A stretch of 64,000 bases of DNA from Raja brachyura (Eukaryota). Numbering within the stretch: position 1 is the stretch's first letter; every line of letters starts with the position of its first letter. Below the pieces are notes generated by a model. The model did no database searches and was not told the origin of the DNA. It saw nothing but the letters and a program-made list of their open reading frames with translations. The stretch covers positions 54,808,001-54,872,000 of the forward strand of contig OY740785.1 in NCBI GenBank assembly GCA_963514005.1, read 5' to 3'. Below are positions 1 through 12,390 of this stretch, piece by piece. The position numbers and the translations under genes were made by a program.

Positions 1-1425
1 GTGTGGTCCTGGCTTCCGTCCTTGCGCCTTTGGAAGGAGGGCTAATGGCGGATGCCCCCCCCCCGCATCCGAGTCGTGGGCCGGCTGGGGCCTACCCCTA
101 AAAAAGACCTCGGTGCTGCCAGCTCGAGTCTTCCTCCTGTCCAAGAGCCCCTAGGCTGGTTTTGCTTGGGGTTGAAGGCGGCATAGGGGTGAGCCCATCG
201 TGATGAGTCCCATGGGTGTAGTTGGGGCTTGGCTCATGAGGCGTATGGTCTTGGCCTCATCATCCAGCTCTCGGACCTGCTTCGGCAGGTCTCCCCCAAA
301 TAGATAATTGGCCGGCTGGACGTTGCTGGCCTTGCACAGCACAGCAAATTTTGGGTTGAGTGCCGGTTGTATTGTGTTTTTACGTAGACAGTTAATTTCA
401 AAGAGGGAATTACAGAGGAGCCCCACAGCGTCCTGCTGTGTCTCCGTCGGTGGCCCCCCATCCACGGACCTAGCAAAGGCCGTTACGCCTGAGGACAATA
501 ATTTACCTCCTGGGCTCTTACCCTGGACTCCAATATGGCCCCAGATGGCATGATTGACGGCTGGCACATTGAGGGAGTCACAGTTGGCAGGCGTGTTGTA
601 TTTGCCGGTGGTCTCCTCCATGACCAGGTCCTTGAGCTGGTGCAACGCCAGGTAATTAATAGTAGTGGCCAGCTCTTCATCTAGGGGTGCTCCGGTTGGA
701 GTGGGAATGGCGAATTTGGAAGCCAATTGAGGCACTTCGGCCCCATGCCCCTGATGGTGTTTACCTGATGTGCCTCCCTGCTCTGAGTCAGGATGGTATT
801 GACTCTGTGTACTCCCCTCTCCAGAGAGGGAGACACTTTGCAGCCCTGTGAAAGGTGCTGCTAGCGCGGGCTCCTGTGGAGACCTGGGCTGATACTGTTC
901 CCTCCTCTGGAGCAGATCAGTCTGGAGCCACCTCTCCCATAGGTGCTCCATCTAGGAGAGGCGCCCGCAGACCCATCCCATTGTTGGTGGGGATCCCTCC
1001 GGCCCGGACTCATCTGCGTATACGGGCCTGGCAGACTTGTGGGTGGCCTTGCGCCCCGGCGGGACTGCCACGGTGCTCTCCTGAGGCACCAAGTCTGCTG
1101 CCGCTGGTTCCACAGCCAGCGGCCTGGAAGGTGACTCTGACAGTCGCCCGCTACCCGCAGCTCCGCAGTCTTCTGTAGCCGGCTTCCCCGCAGACCGTCC
1201 CTTCACCTTCGACATGGTAGGTTCATTCTAGTAGACAAAGTAGAAAACCCAGAACCCACCAAACGACCGCAGAGTAGCTTTTAAAAAACACTTACCTGGG
1301 TTTATAAAACTTACCGCTGGAAGGACGCAACGCGCCTGCCAGTCAGCCGTTAGCGCATGCTTCAGACGCGCATGACGACTGGCGGCCTTCTTCACATAGT
1401 CACTCGTGTGACTCCGAAGTAAAAT
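1..1425 (-). mobile_element. DIRS-type tyrosine-recombinase retrotransposon, 5' part (runs off the window start)
   Basis: 5' terminus ATTTTACTTCGGAGTCAC..GTGACTATGTGAAG is shared with the elements at 43442-46856 and 49594-54103. ORF1 shares motifs with the second element (PANCDSLNVPAVNHAIWG, IQPALNPKFAVLCK). Confidence 0.85.
151..1215 (-). pseudogene. DIRS ORF1 (gag-like), broken by an in-frame TAG at 952-954
   Basis: ORFs 952..1215 and 151..951 are contiguous and in the same frame. They are homologous to ORFs 45460..46167 and 44312..45484. Confidence 0.75.
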
Positions 1426-1478
1426 CACCAGGAGAATAGCACAGTCTTTTTCTAAGGGCAGGGGAATAAAGAACCAGC

Positions 1479-1712
1479 AGGGTTACACAAAAAGCTGGAG
1501 AAACTCAGCGGGTGCAGCAGCATCTAAGGAGTGAAGGAGATAGGCGACGTTTCGGGTCGAGACCCTTCTTCAGAAGAAGGGTCTGAAGAAGGGTCTCGAC
1601 CCGAAACGTCGCCTATCTCCTTCACTCCTTAGATGCTGCTGCACCCGCTGAGTTTCTCCAGCTTTTTGTGTAACCCTCGATTCTCCAGCATCTGCAGTTC
1701 CTTCTTTAACAC
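1479..1712. mobile_element. Hairpin mini-retroposon (Penelope pLTR-like) with a hammerhead core on both strands
   Basis: Perfect inverted repeat 1479-1574/1582-1677. TSD AAAGAACCAGCAGGG at 1468-1482 and 1713-1727, inside an old CR1 fragment. Confidence 0.85.
1583..1610 (+). ncRNA. Minimal type I hammerhead ribozyme core
   Basis: CTGAAGA, stem II GGGTC-TC-GACCC, then GAAAC-GTC. The palindromic ACGT stands in place of stem III. A mirror copy lies on the minus strand at 1546-1573. Confidence 0.75.
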
Positions 1713-1917
1713 AAAGAACCAGCAGGGATGGGTTTGAGAGGAGAAAGATTTAACAGGAACCTGAAATGCAACTTTTTCACTCAGAGAGTAACAGGTATAT
1801 GGAACGAGCTGCCTGAGGAAGCAGTTGCGGCAGGTGCAATAACAACAGTTAAAAGACATTTGGGCAAGTACAGGGATAGGAAAGGTTTAGAAGGATAGAG
1901 ACCAAGTGCAGGTAAAT

Positions 1918-2353
1918 GTTCATAAGTTTTGAAGTTATAGGAGTCGAATTAGGCCATTTGGCCCATCAAGTCTACTCTGCCATTTCTATCTTTCCCTCTC
2001 AACCTGCCTTCTCCTCATAACCTTTGACACCCTTACTAATCAAGAAGCTATCAATCTCTGCTTTAAAAATACCCAACAACTTGGACTCCACAGCCGTCTA
2101 TGGCAATGAATTCCACAGATTGACCAGAGGATGTGCCCTTTGGTCCTCGCCACTCCCACCAGTGGAAACATCCTCTCCACATCCACTCTATCCTGGCCTT
2201 TCACTATTCGGTGAGTTTCAAAAGCTCATCATATGTTAACGCAATCGTTCCCAGAATTATTTTCATAACCCTCCTCTGGACCTTCCAACCCCAGCACATC
2301 CCTCCAATATGGAGCCCAAAACTACTCACAATACTCCAAATGTAGTCTGACCA
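1918..2353 (-). mobile_element. Degraded CR1 LINE 3' fragment
   Basis: Reverse complement resembles the 3' end of the CR1 at 7938-11187 (ATCTGTGGAATTCATTGCCA, TGGCCTAATTC). Confidence 0.55.
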
Positions 2354-2964
2354 GTGCCATGTGTCCTGGGGAGCTGCACAGGTGGCGGTAGTGTCTTGGG
2401 GCGCTGTGTTGGCACGATCCACCCGTTGAACAACCGCGCCGCCGACTGGAACGTGCCCCAGGAGGCCCGACTTGCTCCACAGGTGTCCCAGGGAGAAGCC
2501 GGGCGGCGAGGCCTGTCTGGGCCGAAGGAGCTTCAGCAGCGGTGGCAATGGAAGCCTCAATGGCAGCATGAGCCTTGACATAGGCGGTGTTGAGGGCACG
2601 GCGACAGTGGGAGCCCCGGCGGCAGCGGGAACCTCAGTAGCGGTGGGGCCTCGCAATCAGCGGTCAATGAGCGTGAGGGGGAGACAACGGGGAACCGGCA
2701 TGGGGGGGGGGGGGTGGGAGACCCGTGTGGGGGAGTTTTAGAATCCTCTGACCAGGGATAAGTCTGCCTTTGTTTGTTTGTCCATTCTGGAGAAGGCGCT
2801 GGGCACACGGCAGCCAGCCGACAGTCGCATTTCTTTTTTCTCATTTTTACTTTAATTTTAAATTCAAGTTTTCATGTACCTTGTTGTGTGTTATGACTGT
2901 TGGCAGACCAATTTCCCTCCGAGGATGAATAAAGTTTTATCGTATCGTAATGTATCGTATCGTA
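2354..2964 (+). mobile_element. GC-rich non-autonomous retroposon with a LINE-like (possibly Rex1-type) 3' tail
   Basis: GC-rich body ending CAATTTCCCTCCGAGGATGAATAAAG followed by a (TATCG)n tail. Confidence 0.45.
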
Positions 2965-4544
2965 AAGCCCCGGTATTACATCCCTTTTTTAAAATAGGAT
3001 TAGTTTAGAATGGTTATCTTGGTAGGCATGGATGACTTGGGCCGAAGAACCTGCTTCTGTGCTGTATGACTCTATGACTACGTATAACATTACGTTTTTA
3101 GTATATTGGGGATAGATTAAATTTTGGGCACAACAGCAAATACTGGTAGAAAGACACCCAGAAAGTTGGCAACTCGATGATTTGATAATTGCCAATTTTA
3201 TTAAAAGAAACTATTTTTAATTTGGGTAATTATTTCTGTACACCCTCAAAGGCCTCCAATAATGTTGACAATAGTTTTTTGTATCAAAGTATGTGCAGAT
3301 AAGCCCATAAAAACTTCAAAGTACCTTTGACTGATGTTAAAATATTGGCAGGGCTCCTGGTCCTGTAAGATGTGACCTTTCTGATCTTGTAATCATTGCT
3401 TAAAACACAGATTAATTCCTGTTTTTGTGGTTAGTTAAAAAATCCAGGAGAAATGTCTGCATTTTACACATTCTAAACGTTTTATTTTAAATACTCTGTT
3501 TCACTCCTGTAAGGTGTCAAAACTGAGCAGGTGAGACAAATGTTTAACACGTTGCAAGGAATCATCCGATGAAAATGAATGTCACCGTACCTTCATTTAC
3601 AAGAAGTGCATGACGTGCCTTTCTGCAAGACTGAGATGTAATCATTGTTTTTGGACTTCACAAACTGTACATCAACGCTGCTGACAGGTTAATGTCTTCC
3701 CCATGACTTCAGTGACTGCAAAATGATAGAAAGCAGCAGCAGGAGCAGAAATCTATGGGTTTTCCAACCTCCTAAATCTGTTTGAGAAATCAGCAAAAAT
3801 ATATACATGACAGTTGTGGAAGATATCTGGGGTTGCAGCACACAGTGTTCCTGAAAGCTACAAAATAAATGTACTCTCATGAATGCACTTGACACAACGA
3901 GGGACAAGTATTAAATTTATGCCATAAATGTTCAGACAAAAAAAAGTTGACTTGATAGATTTATATAAACTTGGTTTCAGAAATTACAGTGCCCCACAAG
4001 ATGATTTGGTTTCCAGTGAAACATATGGGAATTCTAAATCTCTGAAGAGATATTATGTATGTATCTGAGAAGGACGTCATGATTTTTCAGTTCTGAAGGA
4101 TCCAAAATGAAGGATCAGACGTCATCCACAATGACACTCATCTTACTATGTTGTACCATCCTTAGGCATGCTTTAAAAATGCCAACGCATGTGATGTTTT
4201 ATTTGGTAGAGGTGAGATTAAGATTGTTTTGGGTTTTCTGTGCTTGACCAACTGCAGGAACCACAAAAGCAAACATTTGAATGAATGAATTATACTTAAT
4301 TGTCATATGTACCATGAAATGTTTTGTTTTGCATACAACCTAGGCCGTACGCAAGTGTCGCCACGTGTCTGCCGCTGACATAGTTACCGCTTAACCTTGC
4401 CACTGTCGATATTATTTGTCGATTACACCACTTTGCACTGTGTAACTATGATTAAAATACAAAATGTAATTAACAGTATTAAGAATATAACAAAAATCTA
4501 GTAAACGCATTGAATGTATTTTGTGTATAAAACCTTTTTATGTA

Positions 4545-4929
4545 CTGTAAACCCTTTCAATAACGGACCTCTAGTGGATTCCTGTTTTTGAGGACCGAGG
4601 CTCCCGTTACACCATCCTGCACCCCAACCCCCTTCGCCAGTTACCAATGCGCTGTTGGGAGCTTGCGGCTGTGGGAGTGGAGAGAGCGTGCAGCAAGAAG
4701 CCAGCATGAATACCAGATCCGTCCATGGCGCACCGCATGTGGGGCCAGGGGCTCTGTGCCTCCCTGGCCTGCAAATTATCGCTTGTTTAACCCCCCCTCC
4801 CTCCTCAATGCCACGTTTCTTCATTCCCAGCCTTGGGTTGAACTTTATCCCCCTCACTCAGTTATAGCGGACAATCGGCAATAACAGACACCATCCTTCC
4901 CCCTGGTCCGTTATTGCGAGGGTTTACTG
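4545..4929. mobile_element. Tc1/mariner-pogo (Tigger-like) MITE
   Basis: TIRs CTGTAAACCCT..AATAACGGACC and GGTCCGTTATT..AGGGTTTACTG, with TA on both sides. Related partial copies lie at about 13330-13654 and 36660-36947. Confidence 0.75.
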
Positions 4930-5249
4930 TATTATGCAAAGGTATACAAAATACCTGGAAGTAGAGGCATTGCCATCCTCTACATTCTTCTTGCATGGAG
5001 AGCGTTGGGAAAAGGGAAGCTGACACTTGCAAAGATCATGTGAGTATGTCAGCAATGTTTATGCCAAATTGAAGAGAATTATTGAGAATGATGTTGAAGC
5101 ATCACATGGTGAGGAGCAACACATAACCACAAATTGACAGCATTAAACCTATTAATTTTCAGTGTGGAGTGCAATGATTGCATGAATATTTATAGCTTGA
5201 GTTGCTTTGAGTGCTGCATTGGGAAGGAGGTTAATAAATGTAATTTTAT

Positions 5250-6480
5250 TGTATGCAGGAGTGTTTTGCCTGGAAAGTGGGTATTGCTTGCAAAGCCATC
5301 CTTAATGGCCATTGCTAATTGTCTTTGCTATGAGCTGCTGCTGTTCTGTAGCATGAGAACAAAGTGACCTAGGATTTTTCCCAGCAATTTTGTATTTCCA
5401 GGTCTGGATGCTGGAAGAGAACATGTAGCTGGTAGTATACTTGCTGACATTTTTCCAGCTGGAGGAGATTGTAGGTTAAGAGGTGCTACGAAGAAGCCTT
5501 GAAAAGTTGCTGCACTCCATCTTACTGACAGTTAAGAGAGTGAATGTTCCAGATAGTGGATGGAATGCCAGTAGACTGGGCTGCTTTGACCTGGATCTTG
5601 TTTAACTTGGTGTGAAGTTATACCTAGCCAAGCAAGTGGAGTCTATTCCATCAGTATTCTGACTTGTAGATGGTAAAAGGCTTTGGATGTTGGGAAGTGA
5701 GTAACTCACTGCAGACTACCCAGCATCTGACTTACTCTGAAGATAGACACAAAAATCTAGAGTACCTCTTGGGTCAGACAGCATCTCTGGAGAAAAGGAA
5801 TGGGTGATGTTTCAGTTTGTGACCCTTCTTCAGACTGACTTACTCTTGTAGTTATAGTTTTTTTTTAATGAGGCTGAGCCTGTTAAGTTTCTGTTATATG
5901 GTGACCCCAATGCTTGTGGGTAATATGGCAATCATAATATCATTCAATAATAATGATTCTCTCTAACTTGAGGACGATTAATGTCTCCCACTTAAATGTC
6001 ATTAATCTACCTACACTTGAATGATGTTTACATCTTGCTCCCTTGCAGGCATGGATTACTTCATAATCTGAGCAATTGCAGGTGGAACTTAGCAAAGCAT
6101 AAATATTCCTGTTGCATATCTATGATGAAGTAATTGAAGATGGTGGGACCTATTCACCAAAGCAGCAGATTAACCATGAATTGGGTGGAAACCCACATTT
6201 GTGTTGAGTTTTGAGCTCCATGTCCCTGTTTGCAATATAATAGAAACAATAGAATCAGCCACATGAAAAACCATGACTACAAGTGCAAGTCAGATGCTGG
6301 GTAGTCTGCAGTGAGTGGCTCACTTCCTGACGCCGCAAAGAGTTTTACCATCTCCAAGGTCAAGTCAAAGTCTTGATTGAATCATCTCCACTTGCATGGA
6401 TATCACTTCACAACATTGTACAAGTTAAACGTGATCCAGGACAAAGCAACCTAGTTTACTTGCATTCCATACACTATTTG
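5250..6480. mobile_element. Old L2/CR1-group LINE fragments in opposite orientations
   Basis: About 5620-5740 and 6280-6400 are reverse complements of each other and resemble a decayed RT C-terminus. Confidence 0.45.
5739..5834 (-). mobile_element. Hammerhead-type mini-retroposon copy (degenerate core)
   Basis: Same family as 1479-1712. 12-bp TSD CTGACTTACTCT at 5727-5738 and 5835-5846. Confidence 0.7.
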
Positions 6481-7260
6481 GTCAAAGACAGATTTGCAAA
6501 TCAGAAATTTCTTATTCCTAGTCTCAGATTTTCCAGAATACTGAACAGCAGATAAAGGGGAGTGCGTTAACTTTGGCTATCAGATTTAAGAACCACCTGG
6601 GAATCCAGATACGATAATTGTTCCATTTGTAGAAGTGGATATGTTGCAGGTTAGACACTGTCCATCTTTTCTTAATTTTCTTTTCTTTGCTAACTCTTTC
6701 AAGGCTACCAATGGCTGTGGTCATCATCATAATATATATTTCACCTGAATGGACACCTGAGATGTGGCAACAGTTTGAAGGGCATTTTCAAATTTGATAC
6801 CAGATAAAGAGCCTTTTCTGCTGTATATATTCCGCACAGATCAAGAGCTGAGTTTGCCGGTCTTCCTTCAAAAGGAAAGAATACTTGTCATTTAGGTATC
6901 TTCCGAGTTGTCAATGAAGCTCCTTTCATGACCAGCCTTCTCTGGGTGGCAAGATTGTGCAGAGCAAGCAGCAACCACCATGTGGGAGACACATTATTAC
7001 AATGCCACTGATGATCAATCTTGATAGCAAAACCCACCTATTTCATAACAATGTATGTTTGCATGATATGTTTAATGTAGAAATATGAACCAATATGTCA
7101 CACAACGTAATATCAGACATGAAGAGACAGTGTGAATATGAGGTCAAATTAGATGAGCAAAATTGAATAAAAATGGCAGGTATTAAGGTATTTAAAGAAG
7201 AAAAGAAAGGTGGAGAAGCAGAGAAAGTGCATGAACAGAATTGCGGATCTTGGACCCTTG

Positions 7261-7937
7261 GTAGATACAAAATGCTGGAGTAACTCAGTGGGACAGGCAG
7301 CATCTCTGGAGAGAAAGAATTTGTGTCAAGATCCTTCTTCAGACTGATGTCAGGGGAGTGGGTGAGACAAAGATAGGATGTAGTCGGAGAAAGTAAGACT
7401 GGTGGGAGAATTGGGGAGGGGATAGAGGGGGAAAGCAAGGGGTATTTGAAGTTAGAGAAGTCTATACCGCTGGGGTGTAAACTACTCAAGCGAAATATGA
7501 GGTGCTGTTCCCCCAATTTGCGCTGGGCCTCACTCTGACAATGGAGGAGGCCCAGGACAGAAAGCTCAGATTGGGAATGGGTGGGGGAGTTGAAGTGCTG
7601 AGCAACCGGGGGATCAGGTAAGTTAAGATGGACTAAGCGGAGGTGTTCAGCGAAATGATCGGCGAGCCTGCACTTGGTCTGGCTGATGTAGAGAAGCTGA
7701 CACATGGAACAGCGGATACAGTAGATGAGGTTGGAGGAGGTGCAAGTGAACCTCTGCCTCACCTGGAAAGACTGTTTGGGACCTTGGATGTAGTCGAGGG
7801 AGGAGGTAAAGGGATAGGTGTTGTATCTCCTGCGGTTGCAAGGGAAAGTACCTGGGGAGGGGGTGGTTTGGGTGGGGAGGGACGAGTTGACCAGGGAGTT
7901 TTGGAGGGAACGGCCTCTGCGGAAAGCCTCTGCAGAT
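7261..7937 (-). mobile_element. Penelope-like element 3' fragment (GIY-YIG endonuclease plus pLTR), split by a CR1 insertion
   Basis: ORF 7043..7762 reads FTCTSSNLIYCIRC..LLYISQTKCRLADHFAEH..HFN. The element resumes at about 11187 after the CR1 tail. Confidence 0.8.
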
Positions 7938-10900
7938 GAATACGTGGCTTGAAAAATGGTGCAAGGGGGAGGGATTCAAATGTTTAGGGCACTGGAACCA
8001 TTTCTGGGGGAGGTGGGACCAGTACAAACAGGACGGTCTGCACCTGGGCTGGAATGGAACCAATGTCCTTGGGGGAGTGTTTGCTAGTGCTGTCGGGGAG
8101 GATTTAAACTAATGTGACAGGTGGATGGGTACAAGAGCAGAGAGGCAGGTGGGTGTAAAACGAGGGTGGAAGCAATATGGAGCAAGGTGAAAAGTAAAAG
8201 TGGCAGGCAGACAAACCCAGGGCAAAAATCAAAACGGGCCACTTCTCAACAAAATTGTATAAGGGGTAAGAGCGTTGTAAAAACAAGCCTGAAGGCTTTG
8301 TGTCTCAATGCAAGGAGTATTCGTAATAAGATGGATGAGTTGAACGTGCAGATAGCTATTAATGAGTATGATATAGTTGGGATCACGGAGACATGGCTCC
8401 AGGGTGACCAAGGCTGGGAGCTGAACATCCAGGGATATTCAATATTCAGGAGGGATAGAGAGAAAGGAAAAGGAGGTGGGGTAACGTTGCTGGTTAGAGA
8501 GGAGATTAACGCAATGGAAAGGAAGGACATTAGCTTGGAGCATGTGGAATCGGTATGGGTAGAGCTGCGAAACACTAAGGGGCAGAAAACGCTAGTGGGA
8601 GTTGTGTACAGGCCACCTAACAGTAGTAGTGAAGTTGGGGATGGTATAAAACAGGAAATTAGAAATGCGTGCGACGAAGGCAAAACAGTTATAATGGGTG
8701 ACTTCAATCTACATATAGATTGGGTGAATCAAATTGGCAAAGGGCGCTGAGGAAGAGGATTTTTTGGAAAGTATGAGGGATAGTTATCTAAATCAACATG
8801 TAGAGGAACCAACGAGAGAGCAGGCTATTTTAGACTGGGTATTGAGTAATGAGGAAGGGTTAGTTAGTAGTCTTATTGTGCGTGCCCCCTTGGGCAAGAG
8901 TGACCATAATATGGTCGAGTTCTTCATTAGGATGGAGAGTGACATTGTTAATTCAGAAACAATGGTTCTGAACTTAAGGAAAGGTAACTTTGAGGGTATG
9001 AGACGTGAATTGGCCAAGATTGACTGGCAATCAATTCTAAAAGGGTTGACGGTGGATACGCAATGGAAGACATTTAAAGACTGCATGGATGAACTACAAA
9101 AATTGTTCATCCCAATTTGGCAAAAGAATAGATCAGGGAAGGGAGTGCATCCGTGGATAACAAGGGAAATTAGGGATAGTATCAAAGCAAAGGATGATGC
9201 GTACAAAGTAGCCAGAAAAAGCAGCATACCAGAGGACTGGGAGAAATTCAGAGACCAGCAGAGAAGGACAAAGGGCTTGATTAGGAAAGGAAAAATAGAT
9301 TATTAAAAAAAACTGGCAGGGAACATAAAAACTGACTGCAAAAGTTTTTATAGATATGTGAAGAGAAATAGATTAGTTAAAACAAATGTAGGTCCCTTGC
9401 AGTCAGAAACAGGTGAGTTGATCATGGGGAACAAGGATATGGCGGACCAATTGAATAACTACTTTGGTTCCGTCTTCACTAAGGAAGACATAAATAATCT
9501 GCCGGAAATAGCAGGGGACCGCGGGTCAAAGGAGTACTTGAGTGAAATCCAGGTTAGTCGGGAAGTGGTGTTGGGAAATTGAATGGATTAAAGGCCGATA
9601 AATCCCCAGGGCCAGATAGGCTGCATCCCAGAGTACTTAAGGAAGTAGCTCCGGAAATAGTGGATGCATTAGTGATAATCTTTCAAAACTCTTTAGATTC
9701 TGGAGTAGTTCCTGAGGATTGGCGGGTAGCAAATGTAACCCCTCTTTTTAAGAAGGGGGGGAGAGAGAAAACGGGGAATTACAGACCAGTTAGTCTAACA
9801 TCGGTAGTGGGGAAACTGCTAGAGTCAGTTATTAAAGATGGGATAGCAGCACATTTGGAAAGTGGTGAAATCATTGGACAAAGTCAGCATGGATTTACGA
9901 AAGGTAAATCATGTCTGACGAATCTTGTGGAATTTTTCGAGGATGTAACTAGTAGCGTGGATGGGGGAGAACCAGTGGTTGTGGTGTATCTGGACTTCCA
10001 GAAGGCTTTTGACAAGGTCCCACATAAGAGATTAGTATATAAACTTAAAGCATACGGCATTGGGGGTTCAGTATTGATGTGGATAGAGAACTGGCTGGCA
10101 AACAGGAAGCAAAGAGTAGGAGTAAACGGGTCGTTTTCACAATGGCAGGCAGTGACTAGTGTGGTACCGCAAGGCTTAGTGCTGGGACCCCAGCTATTTA
10201 CAATATACATAAATGATCTGGATGAGGGAATTGAAGGCAACATCTCCAAGTTTGCGGATGACACTAAGCTGGGGGGCAGTGTTAGCTGTGAGGAGGATGT
10301 TAGGAGACTGCAAGGTGACTTGGATAGGCTGGGTGAGTGGGCAAATGTTTGGCAGATGCAGTATAATGTGGATAAATGTGAGGTTATCCACTTTGGTGGC
10401 AAAAATAGGAAAACAGACTATTATCTAAATGGAGGCCGATTAGGAAAAGGGGAGATGCAGCGCGACCTGGGTGTCATGGTACACCAGTCATTGAAAGTAG
10501 GCATGCAGGTACAGCAGGCAGTGAAGAAAGTGAATGGTATGTTAGCTTTCATAGCAAAAGGATTTGAGTATAGGAGCAGGGAGGTTCTACTTCAGTTGTA
10601 TAGGGTCTTGGTGAGGCCACACCTGGAGTATTGCATACAGTTCTGGTCTCCAAATCTGAGGAAGGACATTATTGCCATAGAGGGAGTGCAGCGAAGGTTC
10701 ACCAGACTGATTCCTGGGATGTCAGGACTGTCTTATGAACAAAGACTGCATAGACTCGGTTTATACTCTCTGGAATTTAGGAGATTGAGAGGGGATCTTA
10801 TAGAAACTTACAAGATTCTTAAGGGGTTGGACAGGCTAGATGCAGGAAGATTGTTCCCGATGTTGGGGAGTTCCAGGACAAGGGGTCACAGCTTAAGGAT

Positions 10901-11187
10901 AAGGGGGAAATCCTTTACGACCGAGATGAGAAGGAATTTTTTCACACAGAGAGTGGTGGGTCTCTGGAACTCTCTGCCACAGAGGGTAGTTGAGGCCGGT
11001 TCATTGGCTATATTTAAGAGGGAGTTAGATGTGGCCCTTGTGGCTAAGGGGATCAGAGGGTATGGAGAGAAGGCAGGTACAGGATACTGAGTTGGATGAT
11101 CAGCCATGATCATATTGAATGGCGGTGCAGACTCGAAGGGCCGAATGGCCTACTCCTGCACCTAATTTCTATGTTTCTATGTTTCTA
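7938..11187 (+). mobile_element. CR1 LINE, 5'-truncated within ORF1; ORF2 (APE endonuclease and RT) frameshifted
   Basis: APE motifs NARSI, GITETW, VYRPP, GDFN and SDHN. RT motifs [18 protein letters not shown] and FADD. (TTTCTATG)n tail. Confidence 0.95.
9579..11090 (+). pseudogene. CR1 ORF2 reverse transcriptase segment
   Basis: 503-aa ORF with FADD. The upstream parts (8121-9582) are separated from it by frameshifts and a stop. Confidence 0.9.
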
Positions 11188-11659
11188 AAGGGGTGGAGAT
11201 GGGACGATGTGGCCAGTAGCTTGGCAGCTGCCTTAGGTTGAATAATGTAGAGGCCAGAATTGGAAAAGCACAGATATCATAGCAGCTTATAGGATATTAC
11301 AGAGGGTGAGGCCAAGCCATGGAGCTTTTTGAAAACAAAGATAATAATTTTTAAATTGAGGCTTAAATGGAAGTAGCTATGGGTCAGCAGACATGGAGAT
11401 GATGGATGTATATGGCTGGCTGCAAATTAGGACACAAACAGTTTTTGGTTACCTTAAGTTTAAAGAGAATAGACAAGTAGAATCCATGAAGGAGAAATTG
11501 CAATTGTTACATTAAAATTAACATTAGTGAGTTTAAACAGCACATTATGCTTATATTTCTGATGTAACCAGAGAAGTAGTCAGGTTATATTATGAAAGAG
11601 GACAAGATGAATTAGTAAGGAAGTGAATTTGTATTAAGATGCTTATCCTAAAGTCAGAT

Positions 11660-12390
11660 AGATTTTTTAAAATTTCAAAAATAGACACTACTTAAAATAA
11701 AAAATACAGACAAAATAAAAACCGTGCAAAAAATGTAATCCATTCTTAGTGTGTATACATTCAATATTGCTGGTGTTATACCCAGTAATGATAGCACCTC
11801 TCTTTTTCCTTACACATAACACAATTACCACTCACATGGCCAGCCCCCCCCCCCATGGTGATATCCCATGTTTCCTTGTTTCCTTCCCTTGTTTGAAGGG
11901 ATCACCCCCAGACTCCGCCTCTCAATGTCCAACAGCAGAACGACCCTAGATTGTGGTCTTTACCCACATATACTTCACGTTAGTGGCACCGAGCTTCAGT
12001 GCACACCTCTGCATGTACTACTACAGTTTGGAATGGGCCAGTCTGCAACATTCCCTTAGGGACATCTTCCTCTTTGAGGAGACCAATATGTTATTGACAC
12101 ACCAAAATAAGAATAAGATTAATGGGAGTAGAATATGAGTATTATGGACAAGATGCACTTGAAGTGGGTAAAAATGAAAAAGTGAGAACTAGAAAGAAAT
12201 TGCCAATTTGAGGCAAGAAAAGGGGAAAATTGGCCTGGTGATCTTGGAAAGGGGTGAGTAATTATTTGAATGGGTTCCATTTTAGTCCACGGAAGTAGTC
12301 CATTTGTTGTTGGAGTTAAGGATGGAGGACAATAATTTTAGACAAACGTGCCAGTCCTATTGATTTCAAAGCTGTTACTTTTCGATATAT
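11660..12390 (-). mobile_element. Possible degraded L1/Tx1-like 3' fragment
   Basis: T-rich end and general resemblance to an ORF2 C-terminus. No intact ORF. Confidence 0.3.

Noticed and set aside
6500-7040. Possible minus-strand exons
   Set aside because: All frames contain stops between the candidate splice sites, and I recognise no homology.
8246-11113. Antisense ORFs over CR1 (also over L1, L2 and DIRS)
   Set aside because: These are shadow ORFs of transposon coding strands or of GC-rich sequence.
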